In this document: positions 43,461 to 53,104 of the stretch, piece by piece
How the letters are laid out: the number at the start of each line of letters is the position of its first letter
How positions within the stretch are numbered: the first letter of the stretch is position 1
From: Candidatus Kerfeldbacteria bacterium
GTDB taxonomy: Bacteria; Patescibacteriota; Patescibacteriia; SBBC01; CAIJZX01
Length of the DNA stretch: 64,000 nt
Reading direction: 5' to 3'
Assembly: GCA_016193315.1 (NCBI GenBank)
Contig: JACPSJ010000004.1
Span: 65,708 to 129,707, forward strand
Notes under the pieces: generated by a model
Seen by the model: the letters and a program-made list of their open reading frames with translations, nothing else
What the model was told of the DNA's origin: nothing
Databases searched by the model: none
Made by a program: the position numbers and the translations under genes

Positions 43461-43886
43461 ATGAGTTTTAGTCTCAATCGCGCCACCATCATTGGCAATT
43501 TGACTCGCGATCCGGAATCACGGACTACCAACACTGGTCAAAATGTCGTCTCGTTTGGCGTGGCCACCTCGCGACGATGGAAAGATCAGGCCTCCGGCGA
43601 AATGAAGGAGGCCACCGAGTTTCATAATTGCGTGGCTTGGGCCAAACTGGCCCAGACCATCGCGACCTACTGCCATAAGGGCAGCAAGGTCTACGTCGAA
43701 GGACGACTCCAAACTCGGTCGTGGGACGATCCGACCGGGGTCAAGAAATATCGGACCGAAATCGTGGCTGACAACCTGATCATGCTTGACCGTAAAGGCG
43801 ATACTTCAGCGGCGCCGCCTCAAGCCGCCACCAAAAAAGAGGCCCCGGCCGAGGAAGAAATTAACATCGAGGACATTCCCTTCTAA
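43461..43886 (+). CDS. ssb: Single-stranded DNA-binding protein
   Basis: LNRATIIGNLTRDPE, VEGRLQTRSW, DIPF tail. Confidence 0.98.
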   Translation: MSFSLNRATIIGNLTRDPESRTTNTGQNVVSFGVATSRRWKDQASGEMKEATEFHNCVAWAKLAQTIATYCHKGSKVYVEGRLQTRSWDDPTGVKKYRTEIVADNLIMLDRKGDTSAAPPQAATKKEAPAEEEINIEDIPF

Positions 43887-43891
43887 CCCCC

Positions 43892-44128
43892 ATGCGCCCC
43901 CGTACGGCCGCCCCTCAACCAATCAAGGAACGGAGTTGCTATCTTTGCACACACGCCCTCGAGGACATTGACTACAAAGACCTCCATCTAATCCAGCGCT
44001 TCACTACCGCCTACGGAAAAATTGTCCCCCGCCGTCGGAGCGGCGCCTGCATGCGCCATCAGCGAACGGTCAGCCAAGCCATCAAGCGGGCGCGGATTAT
44101 GGCTCTGTTGCCGTTTGTCGTCCGCTAA
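43892..44128 (+). CDS. rpsR: 30S ribosomal protein S18
   Basis: IDYKD...GKIVPRR...AIKRAR.MALLPF. Confidence 0.97.
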   Translation: MRPRTAAPQPIKERSCYLCTHALEDIDYKDLHLIQRFTTAYGKIVPRRRSGACMRHQRTVSQAIKRARIMALLPFVVR

Positions 44129-44132
44129 CTCC

Positions 44133-44167
44133 CTACCTCCAACCTCTTACCTCCTACTTCCAACCTC
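44133..44167. repeat. Five degenerate tandem heptamers
   Basis: CTACCTC CAACCTC TTACCTC CTACTTC CAACCTC. Confidence 0.85.
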
Positions 44168-44169
44168 CG

Positions 44170-44730
44170 ATGTTGGAAATGAATGACATCCGGATCGGCA
44201 CACTGGTCAAGCTTAACGACCAGCCCTACATCTGCCTGTGGTCGGATTTTATGCGGACCGCCCAACGAAAGCCGGTCCGCCGCACCAAGCTCAAGAATCT
44301 CATCACCGGTAACGTTCTCGAGCAAACTTTCAAGCCGGGTGACAAGGTTGAGGAAGCAGATGTCGAACGCGCGAAAGCAAGCTTCCTCTACGCCGATGAT
44401 CGGCAGGTATTCTTTATGGATAGCCAAAATTACGACCAGCTGGCTTTAGATCGCGAACCAATTCAGCCGCGGCTCGACTTTCTGAAAGCAGGCCAAGAAT
44501 ATACCGTCGTTACTTTTGAGGGTCGGCCGATCACCCTTGAACTGCCGAAAAAAGTGGAACTGAAAGTAACTGCCACCGCGGAAGGTGTCCGTGGCGACAC
44601 CGCCCAGGGTTCAGTCATGAAAGAAGCCACCGTCGAGACCGGCTACACGCTCAAGGTGCCGCTGTTCATTAAACAGGGCGATGCTATTCGTATTAATACT
44701 GAAACCGGCGATTATGTTGAGCGGGCGTAA
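44170..44730 (+). CDS. efp: Elongation factor P
   Basis: RTKLKNLITG, GVRGDTA, VPLFIKQGD.IRINT.TG.YVERA. Confidence 0.96.
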   Translation: MLEMNDIRIGTLVKLNDQPYICLWSDFMRTAQRKPVRRTKLKNLITGNVLEQTFKPGDKVEEADVERAKASFLYADDRQVFFMDSQNYDQLALDREPIQPRLDFLKAGQEYTVVTFEGRPITLELPKKVELKVTATAEGVRGDTAQGSVMKEATVETGYTLKVPLFIKQGDAIRINTETGDYVERA

Positions 44731-44773
44731 CTTGTGACATCACTTCAGTCGGGTAAATCAGCAACCCTAGCGC

Positions 44774-45601
44774 CTAGCGGGAGAATACTTGGTTGGGTGT
44801 TGACCCGAATGATTTCTTGCTCCAGGCCAACAACAGAGCGGCCGTCGGCACGATAACGATCGTGTACGGGATGGTGACTGTTTCCAGGCCGGGCCAGAAG
44901 CGGTAAAAGAATCGAAACATTCCGATCATGGCGGCGCCGATGAACGCCAATCGTTGGTGTCGAAAAATCACCAACACGCCAACCGCCCAGGCGCCGATGA
45001 AGAAATCGCCGATACCGAGAGAATAATCCCCAAAGGCAAAGATGCCGTCATAGTGTAGCTGGGGTAGCTGGCTGGTTTTGTCGCTGGCGGAACCCGTGCT
45101 CGGTGTCAACCAAATGTTGTAAATATCCATCAACATCATCATCGTTAGGAGGACAAGATGCCCGCCCAGAGGGAGTCGCAAGATCTTCGTCACCGCGAGA
45201 CCGACCCACAGGAGCGAGACGGCCATGACGATCATCTCCACCAGGGATCCTGGCACGAACCAGCCAACGAGCGTGCCAACGATAGTACACGCCAGGCTGA
45301 CCACCACCCGGGTGCTGATCTGGGCGGCCGGCAGAACTAAAAAGGCGGTCAAGAATACCCCGCCGGCGGTCAGCAACAGATTGAGGGTGGTCAAACGATC
45401 CCGGTCGCCATGCGCCAGAACCAGGGTCATCACGGCGGACACCATCACCACCAGCAGTCCGCTGACCGTTACCAGGCGCAATCGATCGGCCGCCAGCGGG
45501 CGCTTGGATTGGATCCCGGCTAACGTCCCACGCTCGGTAACCCAGGCGCTCAGCATCAAGAAGACCACGTAAAATACGGACAACCACCAGGAATCAGCCA
45601 T
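44774..45601 (-). CDS. Multi-TM membrane protein (possible GxGD intramembrane protease-like)
   Basis: MDIYNIW and LGIGDF motifs in TM segments. Confidence 0.6.
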   Translation of the reverse strand: MADSWWLSVFYVVFLMLSAWVTERGTLAGIQSKRPLAADRLRLVTVSGLLVVMVSAVMTLVLAHGDRDRLTTLNLLLTAGGVFLTAFLVLPAAQISTRVVVSLACTIVGTLVGWFVPGSLVEMIVMAVSLLWVGLAVTKILRLPLGGHLVLLTMMMLMDIYNIWLTPSTGSASDKTSQLPQLHYDGIFAFGDYSLGIGDFFIGAWAVGVLVIFRHQRLAFIGAAMIGMFRFFYRFWPGLETVTIPYTIVIVPTAALLLAWSKKSFGSTPNQVFSR

Positions 45602-45653
45602 CGTCTTCCTTCCTCATTAAGACTGGGTCTGACGGCCAGTGATTCAACGATAC

Positions 45654-46718
45654 CTACGCCCCACCGGGTACGGTGACAGGCGATCGCGTTTCGTCTTGAC
45701 CTTGCTGCTCCTTAGCCTGGGACAAAACTTTTCGCCGTAATTCTTGGACTAACGACGGATGATCACGGAGGTAGTCAATGCCGGCCTGTCTTCCAATGCC
45801 AAGTTTGACCTCTCCCAGGCTGACCGTATTACCGCTTTTCTGAAGCCGGCCGTACTGGAGAGCGGTGTCGAGAACATCGCCGGCCATGGAGATGCCTTGA
45901 TTGTAGAGAATGTCGAATTCCGCGGTGCGGAACGGGGCGGCGACCTTATTCTTCACCACTTTGGCTTTGGTGCGGTTACCAATAATCCGGTCACCTTGTT
46001 TCAGCTGGCCGATGCGGCGAACTTCAATCCGTACCGAGGAGTAAAACTTCAGCGCGGTGCCGCCGGTCGTTGTCTCCGGGTTGCCGAAAAAGACACCAAT
46101 TTTCATTCGTGTCTGATTTATGAAAATCACGATCGTCTTGGTCTTGGCCACAATGGCCGTCAGTTTGCGCAATGCCTGCGACATCAACCGGGCCTGCAAA
46201 CCCATATGTTGATCGCCCATTTCGCCTTCGATTTCCGCTTTCGGAGTCAACGCCGCCACTGAATCAATCACTACCACGTCAACGGCGTTTGATCGCACCA
46301 GCGTCTCAACGATTTCTAGGGCCTGCTCGCCCGAGTCCGGTTGTGAGATCAGGAGATTGTCGACATCCACCCCAAGCCGGCGCGAATAGTTTGGATCAAG
46401 GGCGTGTTCGGCATCGACAAAAGCCGCCGTCCCGCCCGTCTTCTGCACTTCAGCAATAACATGCTGCGCCAAGGTCGTTTTTCCGGAAGCTTCCGGACCG
46501 AAAATTTCCACCACCCGGCCGCGCGGCAAACCGCCGACGCCGAGCGCAATGTCCAACGACAAACAGCCGGTCGAGACCACGTCGACGTCTTGCGCCTTGA
46601 CCTCACTGTACTTCATGATTGAGCCTTCGCCGAACCGCTCGCGAATATGCTCAATCGCGGCCAGGGCGGCCTGACTCTTCGAACTACCAGCCATGCTGGA
46701 TTTCTTGGTCTTCACCAT
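45654..46718 (-). CDS. recA: Recombinase A
   Basis: [34 protein letters not shown]. Confidence 0.99.
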   Translation of the reverse strand: MVKTKKSSMAGSSKSQAALAAIEHIRERFGEGSIMKYSEVKAQDVDVVSTGCLSLDIALGVGGLPRGRVVEIFGPEASGKTTLAQHVIAEVQKTGGTAAFVDAEHALDPNYSRRLGVDVDNLLISQPDSGEQALEIVETLVRSNAVDVVVIDSVAALTPKAEIEGEMGDQHMGLQARLMSQALRKLTAIVAKTKTIVIFINQTRMKIGVFFGNPETTTGGTALKFYSSVRIEVRRIGQLKQGDRIIGNRTKAKVVKNKVAAPFRTAEFDILYNQGISMAGDVLDTALQYGRLQKSGNTVSLGEVKLGIGRQAGIDYLRDHPSLVQELRRKVLSQAKEQQGQDETRSPVTVPGGA

Positions 46719-47169
46719 ATCTTGTTCCTTTCTCCGCTCGATTTCCCACATATCGGGGACAATCGGGGAATTATGAATACATGCTACCCGAATATTTACC
46801 GAAGGTCAAGACCGAGTTATTCACAGGCCGGTTTCGTCCCCCTGATGCCGTGGTGAGTCTCCCGACCCAGCGGTTGAACGACAGCGCGGTTTACCCACCA
46901 CCACTTTTACCGCTGATTTTCTCGGCGGCGATCAAGCGCCGCGGATTTCGAAGTAACATTATCCTTGAAACGAAGCAAGATAATTAATTTGGGTGTAAAG
47001 GTGGTGCTGGGTTGACAAAATCCCATTTTTGCAGTACAGTCGCTAGTCGAATCTTCACTCGAGCATTCGGTACTGAAAAACGTATGGAATGTTCTAGTGA
47101 GGAATGGCCTTTCCAGCCATGACGTTCGGACCGCTTTAGGCGGAGAAGGGATATGCCGTGGAAACCAAG

Positions 47170-47505
47170 ATGTCGCGCTTCGGGAACAAAGACTTGCCAT
47201 TCGCGGTCATCACCATCACCGTTCCAACCCTCTCGGAGCCGCAGGTCAAGGCGATCATTGATGGCATGGGTTTTCCGACGGGCCAAGTTTCCCCCGAACT
47301 GGAGAGGCTGTCGGTGAACACGGCCGTGCATCAACAGTCGGTCGTGACCACTATCCACTACCGATGCCCATTCCACAGAAAAGGACCTGAGCAGGCATTC
47401 TGGCTGTCAATGCTTATCGGGCAGAGTTTCGACCGTGACACGGAGTCCATCTTCGAAGGAATCAAAGCAGCCCTGTCCGTTTTCGAGCCGCAACCGATCT
47501 CCTGA
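47170..47505 (+). CDS. Hypothetical protein
   Basis: 111 aa ORF downstream of a TTGACA-17-TACAGT promoter-like site. Confidence 0.55.
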   Translation: MSRFGNKDLPFAVITITVPTLSEPQVKAIIDGMGFPTGQVSPELERLSVNTAVHQQSVVTTIHYRCPFHRKGPEQAFWLSMLIGQSFDRDTESIFEGIKAALSVFEPQPIS

Positions 47506-47663
47506 GACTCATTAGCACCCCCCAGCTTCACCGGGAGTAGAATAGGTGAGGCTGCCAATCTGCAAAGATTGGCTCCTCGCTCGAGTCTGGCATTAATGCT
47601 AGATTCAAGCGACCGAAACCCGCACCTTCCACCAATCCGCTCTAGGCGGAGGAGACCAGACGG

Positions 47664-48047
47664 ATGTTCAACGTTTCGTTGGCGCTACTCGCCATCGCCG
47701 GGGCCTTGGTCATTTCGGAGACGTATGGCCCGTTCCGGATGATTCCGACGCCGGAGTGGCTGTCGGTTCTGCTGTACAACTGGATCGGCTTCCTGCTGAT
47801 GATCGGGCTGCTGCTGTGGGGCGCCGTCCGGCTGGCCCGGTACGTCCCCAAGAGCGCCAGGGCCCTCGCCGTCAGCCGCTGGTATCTCATTCTGGCCGGC
47901 ATCCCCACCATCATCCTGTACAACTTGCCGCGGTCGGGACTGGCGGAAAACGTCTTTCTGGGGCTCGCTTTCCTCACCATCCACGCGCTGCTGGTCTTCG
48001 GGATCATCCGGCTCTTCCCGCGGGACCTGCTGCTTCGGCCGGTCTAG
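47664..48047 (+). CDS. Hypothetical membrane protein
   Basis: Four TM segments; GGAGGAG upstream. Confidence 0.7.
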   Translation: MFNVSLALLAIAGALVISETYGPFRMIPTPEWLSVLLYNWIGFLLMIGLLLWGAVRLARYVPKSARALAVSRWYLILAGIPTIILYNLPRSGLAENVFLGLAFLTIHALLVFGIIRLFPRDLLLRPV

Positions 48048-48103
48048 GCGTGATGGGGTAACGCCACAAGCCACGCTGCGGCCAACCCCAACTGGAGGGA
48101 CGG

Positions 48104-48301
48104 ATGAGACTCGTCAAGACGCGGAAGCCACATCACTGCTGCATCTGTGACCGTGACATCCCAACCGAGTCGAGTTGCTTGTCGCGGAAGCGCCGCGACC
48201 CACAGACCGGCTGGTCCACACAGTACTTCTGCCCTGGGCTGACATGCAGGGTGGAACAAACTGCTGCCTCTGTCACCCAACCGGCAGTGCAACGGGTCTG
48301 A
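48104..48301 (+). CDS. Small putative zinc-binding protein
   Basis: KTRKPHHCCICD...YFCPGLTC; GGAGG upstream. Confidence 0.6.
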   Translation: MRLVKTRKPHHCCICDRDIPTESSCLSRKRRDPQTGWSTQYFCPGLTCRVEQTAASVTQPAVQRV

Positions 48302-48445
48302 GAAGGTACCGATCGCCCAGCGCGATTACCCTTCTCTTTTTTTGTTGAGCATTTCAAGCCCACTCTCTGACTGGATAGCTCAAGCAAGATGCAAGGTTTT
48401 TTTATCTTCCTTGGTCTAACTATAGCCGATACAAAAACACCGGCC

Positions 48446-48790
48446 TCATGGCCGATGTTCGGAAGAAAGTGCTGGCGCCTCGCCGGTCGCTTGCCACCGT
48501 TCGAGAACTGGCTGCCAATCGTCGGGCAGCTGCATCCCGAAGCGCAGGCCCATCTCCGCCAAGATGTCGACAATCTCCCGAAGCGATTTGCGGCCGAAGT
48601 TACGTAACCATAGCATCTCCGCTTCGCGCTTCTGCACGAGGTCGCCGATGGTCCGTATCTCCGCCGCGCGGAGCGCGTTCGCGCTGCGCACGGAAAACTC
48701 GAGTTCCTCGACCGATTTCAGGAGTGCCTGAGCTAGCCGCGGAAACTCAGTCAGGGTGACAGTGGCATCCTGGCCGAAGATGTGAGCCAT
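48446..48790 (-). CDS. Stand-alone RNA polymerase alpha C-terminal-domain protein
   Basis: [54 protein letters not shown]. Confidence 0.85.
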   Translation of the reverse strand: MAHIFGQDATVTLTEFPRLAQALLKSVEELEFSVRSANALRAAEIRTIGDLVQKREAEMLWLRNFGRKSLREIVDILAEMGLRFGMQLPDDWQPVLERWQATGEAPALSSEHRP

Positions 48791-48906
48791 CACCGGCCCG
48801 GCCGATGCATCCAATGCCGCACCCAATGCCGCTTGTCGCCGTTCGAGTAGTCAAGGATGACTTTCAGTGATTTGCCCGCTTTTTGGCGAGTTGCTAAGAC
48901 CTCGGC

Positions 48907-49697
48907 ATGCCATCTATTGAGTCAGCTGAAGTCGGCGCAGAACACCTTGGCACTGATGAAGAAGACGGCCAGGCCGAACACGAACAACTGTCTGACCAAG
49001 AAGCGACCGACAAGCTGAAGAACCTCACCGAAGAGCTCGTTGAACGGGGCCAGGCCTCTGAGATGGCTCCGGCCGAGGGACGAAACTTTGAGTGGGAAAT
49101 CACACCAGATGAAGAGCATCCTGAGCAACTCCATCTGGCGATGACCCGCTCAGACGGCACGCGGCTTGATCTCAACCAGTTGTTGCCCGAGGGGTTGGTT
49201 TCCCGCCTGATCGACTGGCCGGCCGCGGCGCCCCCTTGGCGATCTTTCATGAACTAGGCCACGCCGCTCTTACTGTTCGGGATCTTGAACGATCGCGTGA
49301 GCAGTTGTTGAAAATCATGGCCCACGTGAGCTCTAAATTGTCAGAGCAAGGCGTCGAGCCTGATCGGCTGTCGGAAGAATTGGATCGAGTGGATCCGGAC
49401 AAATTCATGCCCGATTGGTTCCTCGAAAAGAAATATGAATTCCTGGCCGGATCGGAAAGGAGCGCGCATGCTCTCGGGCTCAGCGCACTGCGGGCGCTAG
49501 AGAAGGATGGTTTTAAGGTATTGGCCGGATTCCGCAATAGGCAAGAAATACAAGCCCTCGTCTCACACCACTTGACGACCTACGAATGGGGTCGGTTTCT
49601 AGAACTTTGGCCTCACCGCCGTCAAGTGCTGAAACCAATTTTCCTCCGTCACAGAAAATACCTGAGCAGTCTGTTTGGCACTACCCCCGCTGCGTGA
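48907..49697 (+). pseudogene. Probable single HExxH-motif gene split by a frameshift or deletion
   Basis: Two overlapping same-strand ORFs (48907-49257, 49236-49697); the second frame reads RGAPLAIFHELGHA. Confidence 0.5.
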
Positions 49698-50058
49698 GGC
49701 CGAGAATGTTCCCTTCGCTGTCCTTAAACCAGGCGGCTTTCTGACCGTCGATGGTGGCAATAAAATTTTCCGTTCGGATCGGCTCCTGATCGTATTCCAT
49801 AAACTCCACACCCTTGGCCACCAGGTCGGCAACCTCTTCCTCAATATCGGCCACCAAGAAGCCGGCCAGGGTATGATCGGCCTTTGACGACTCACGTTTA
49901 TACAAATAGATCTTCGTCCCTTCGCCGGCTTGAAGCATCACGCCGCCGGTGGCGTCAGTCTCGGTCATCGTTAGACCGAGTTTATCGGTATAGAACGCCC
50001 TCGCCCGTTCCATATCGACAACGGGTATGGTCGGGGAGACCGGTGCAGCGCTCAGCAT
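49681..50058 (-). CDS. VOC/glyoxalase family protein
   Basis: IPVVDMERARAFYTDKLGL...AWFKDSEGNIL. Confidence 0.92.
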   Translation of the reverse strand: MLSAAPVSPTIPVVDMERARAFYTDKLGLTMTETDATGGVMLQAGEGTKIYLYKRESSKADHTLAGFLVADIEEEVADLVAKGVEFMEYDQEPIRTENFIATIDGQKAAWFKDSEGNILGLTQRG

Positions 50059-50169
50059 AGGCCCTCCGGAGGTTAAGAATAGACTAGCCCTAGTCTAACT
50101 GATCGCTGGCGAAAGGTGAAGCTCCACCAAGCCCCCCCCGTCCCGCCGCCTGGCGGGGCTGGGTGAACC

Positions 50170-50841
50170 CTACCGCTGCTCGAAGAGGACTTGTCTGATC
50201 ACTACCCGCTCGCCACTGCGGGGTTTCTTGGCCGCGATCCGCAGGGTGTTGAGGCCGCGCTGGATTTCGACTGATTCGGAAAACTGGCCGTTGGACGTAA
50301 CCTCCACCGGCTGTCGGTTAATTGTCACTTCGGCGCCTGGCTCGGTCTGTCCACGAACAACGACGGAGCCTTCGGTGGTGGCGACATCAGCCGGTGGTTC
50401 ATTGACCACCAGGCGCGGCGGACTGTAAAGGCGCCAGACTTGCCAGCTAAAATAAATGAGTACTCCGCCTATCACCACTCCGGCCACCATGAACCGCCGG
50501 TACCGCCGCCACCAGGGAGGGTCGGTCTTGGCGCGAGGCACGAGGAGTGGCCGACCAGAAGGTTTGGCTGCCGTTACAACCTGATACTCCTCAGCGAAGC
50601 GGCTCATCACGACCGCCTCATCAAGCTCCATCCGCCGCGCGTAGAGACGGACAAAAATCCGAGCATATACCTGGCCGGGCAACAGGTCATACCGTCCGTC
50701 TTCGATCGCCTGAACGTACTTGGTGGCGATCTTTAGCTCAGCGGCGATGGTCTCAATCGACCAGCCGGATTCCTGACGGAGCTGGCGAAGCCGCTGGCCC
50801 AAAGTTTGCGGTCCAGCCAGGTCGCGTTTCTGAAAAACCAT
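50170..50841 (-). CDS. RodZ-like HTH membrane protein with an Ig-like C-terminus
   Basis: TLGQRLRQLR...AIEDGRYDLLPG.VY, then TM, then GQTEPGAEVTIN; follows ftsK. Confidence 0.85.
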   Translation of the reverse strand: MVFQKRDLAGPQTLGQRLRQLRQESGWSIETIAAELKIATKYVQAIEDGRYDLLPGQVYARIFVRLYARRMELDEAVVMSRFAEEYQVVTAAKPSGRPLLVPRAKTDPPWWRRYRRFMVAGVVIGGVLIYFSWQVWRLYSPPRLVVNEPPADVATTEGSVVVRGQTEPGAEVTINRQPVEVTSNGQFSESVEIQRGLNTLRIAAKKPRSGERVVIRQVLFEQR

Positions 50842-50844
50842 GGC

Positions 50845-53037
50845 CTACGGTTGTTGGCTGGCTGGTGGCGGAGGTCGTGGAGGATCTGTCGAGGCGTCCT
50901 CGGGTTGGGTCGGGCCGGTAGGTGGAGTATCGCCCATGACCTCCCGTGGCTTGGCCCCTTCGCCAGGGCCAATAAATCCTTCCTCTTCCAGCAGGTCGAG
51001 AATCCGTGCCGCCCGAGCGTAGCCGATCCGCAGGCGCCGCTGGAGCAGCGAGGCGGAGGCTTTATCGGCTTGCAGAATTACTTCCTTCGCCTGGGGCAAT
51101 AACTCGTCGTCACCGAGATCCTCGAGACTGCCGCCGATTTGCGGCTCCGGCTTCTCCACTACATCGCCCAGGTATTCCGGCTGACCACGCGACTTGAGAT
51201 ACTGGACCACCCGCTCGACCTCGCGTTCTGAAACGTACGGGGCTTGGAGCCGCTTCGGCTTGCTTAATTCGGCGGACTGGTAGAGCATGTCCCCCCGGCC
51301 GAGCAGCTTCTCCGCGCCGCTGACGTCGAGAATGGTGCGCGAGTCGACCTGAGCGGCCACGCTGAAAGCCACCCGGGCCGTGACGTTGGCCTTGATCAGG
51401 CCGGTGATGACGTCGACCGATGGTCGCTGGGTAGCCAGGACGAGGTGAATCCCGACCGCCCGGGCCATTTGGGCCAGTCGGACGATCGCGCCTTCGACTT
51501 CGTTGGCGGCCACCGACATCAGGTCGGCCAACTCGTCGATGATCAACACCACGTACGGCACGTCGTCGCTAACCTCGGTGCGGTAGGTGGCCAGATTCCG
51601 CTTCCCAGATTGTGATAGGAGATTGTACCGCCGATCCATCTCGCTGACAATCCAGCGCAAAGCGTTGATGGTCTTGGTGGTGTCGGTGATGACCGGCGTC
51701 AGCAGATGCGGGATCCCATTGTAGGCGGTTAGCTCGACTCGTTTCGGGTCAACCAGAATAAATTTCAGGTCATCCGGTGAATTGCAATACAGCAAACTAA
51801 TGATCAGGTCGTTGATCAGGACTGACTTTCCGGAGCCGGTGGCGCCGGCCACCAGCAGGTGCGGTAACGGATCGAGATCTGCTACCCACGGCTGGCCGCT
51901 GACGTCCTTACCGAGGGCGAAGCTAAGGTTTGAATGCCGTTGCTGCCAGTTCGCCGAAGCGATAATTTCGCGGAGCTGGACGATGGCTACCGACTGATTC
52001 GGCACCTCCACGCCGACCAACGATTTGCCAGGGATGGGCGCTTCGATTCTGATCGGATGGGCGGCCAGCGTCAAAGCTAAGTCGTTGTTGAGTGAGGTGA
52101 TCTGGGATAACTTAACGCCCTCGGCTGGTTTCAGGGTGTACTGGGTGACGGTTGGACCGACGTTGACCTCGCCCATGGCCACCGAAATTCCAAAGTTCTC
52201 CAGCGTCCGTTGGATCTTTTCCTTGTTGGCTTCGATATTGCCGCTGGTTGGCTGGCTGCTGGTACTCTCCAGGAGATCGAGAGGAATGGCGATGTCGCGC
52301 CGTGGTCGCCGGTGTCGACGAGCCGGCTGTGGCTTCAGAACCTGGTGTTCGCTATCGGCTTCCTCGTCGGCGGGCGATTCCGAGGCCAACGTCTGAGTGG
52401 CAAAAGTTGGTTCGGCGGCAGAGCTTTGTTCATTCACCAAGCGGCGCTGCCAGCGCGCTGTCTGCCGACGGTTCAGCCAGTGGCTAAACCAGCTGCCAGG
52501 CCGAGCTAGCGATCGCAGGCTGGTGTTGAACATTAGCAAGGCGCTGGCCACCAACCCGCCGAACAAAATCAGTCCACTGGCCCACGATCCGAGCGCCACC
52601 CGCAATGGGTAGCTGATCAAAGCCCCAAGATAACCGCCGCCTTCGCCTTGCAACGCCGCTGGGAAGGCTTGCGGCGTAGCCACGGACAGATGGAGCAGGG
52701 CTTCGCTCGCCAGCAGCCAGACTACCAGCCCAAACCACCGCGTCCGTGAGAAGAAGAACCTTTCCGGAAAGAGCAGCAACAGCCCAATCACGGCTAGATA
52801 CAGAGGAATGATATAGCGCTGCCAACCGAAGAGCATGCCCAGGCCATTACTGATGCCTTGCCCCAGGAACCCGGCGCCGCCAAGGACGCTCAAGAACATT
52901 ACCGCCGCCAGCGTCAGGAGGGTAACGATCACAATCCCCCGTTGGGCTTCGGGGGTCAGGAGTGGCGCGTGCGGCGCCGGAGACTGGCTTCGCTCCCGAT
53001 CCGACAGACGCGCCCGCCGAGCTGAACGCGAGGCCAT
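50845..53037 (-). CDS. ftsK: DNA translocase FtsK/SpoIIIE
   Basis: N-terminal TMs, AGATGSGKS, LATQRPSVDVITG, gamma domain SASLLQRRLRIGYARAA. Confidence 0.97.
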   Translation of the reverse strand: MASRSARRARLSDRERSQSPAPHAPLLTPEAQRGIVIVTLLTLAAVMFLSVLGGAGFLGQGISNGLGMLFGWQRYIIPLYLAVIGLLLLFPERFFFSRTRWFGLVVWLLASEALLHLSVATPQAFPAALQGEGGGYLGALISYPLRVALGSWASGLILFGGLVASALLMFNTSLRSLARPGSWFSHWLNRRQTARWQRRLVNEQSSAAEPTFATQTLASESPADEEADSEHQVLKPQPARRHRRPRRDIAIPLDLLESTSSQPTSGNIEANKEKIQRTLENFGISVAMGEVNVGPTVTQYTLKPAEGVKLSQITSLNNDLALTLAAHPIRIEAPIPGKSLVGVEVPNQSVAIVQLREIIASANWQQRHSNLSFALGKDVSGQPWVADLDPLPHLLVAGATGSGKSVLINDLIISLLYCNSPDDLKFILVDPKRVELTAYNGIPHLLTPVITDTTKTINALRWIVSEMDRRYNLLSQSGKRNLATYRTEVSDDVPYVVLIIDELADLMSVAANEVEGAIVRLAQMARAVGIHLVLATQRPSVDVITGLIKANVTARVAFSVAAQVDSRTILDVSGAEKLLGRGDMLYQSAELSKPKRLQAPYVSEREVERVVQYLKSRGQPEYLGDVVEKPEPQIGGSLEDLGDDELLPQAKEVILQADKASASLLQRRLRIGYARAARILDLLEEEGFIGPGEGAKPREVMGDTPPTGPTQPEDASTDPPRPPPPASQQP

Positions 53038-53104
53038 AGGGTCTTAGATTAGCACAAAACGGGCTGGGGGGCAATGAATATTGCCCCTTGGCCCACCAGT
53101 CGAG

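Noticed and set aside
46770-46810. LexA/SOS box upstream of recA
   Set aside because: CGAATATTTACCG is only a weak match, and no shared motif was seen upstream of uvrA or uvrC.
47551-47571. tRNA-Cys-like anticodon arm (CTGCAAA)
   Set aside because: No acceptor stem or T arm; better read as a GCAA tetraloop hairpin.
50115-50129. GGTGAAGCTCCACCA repeated at 60773-60787, resembling a tmRNA 3' end
   Set aside because: A 15-mer match is expected by chance in 64 kb, and there is no T arm or matching 5' GGGG end.
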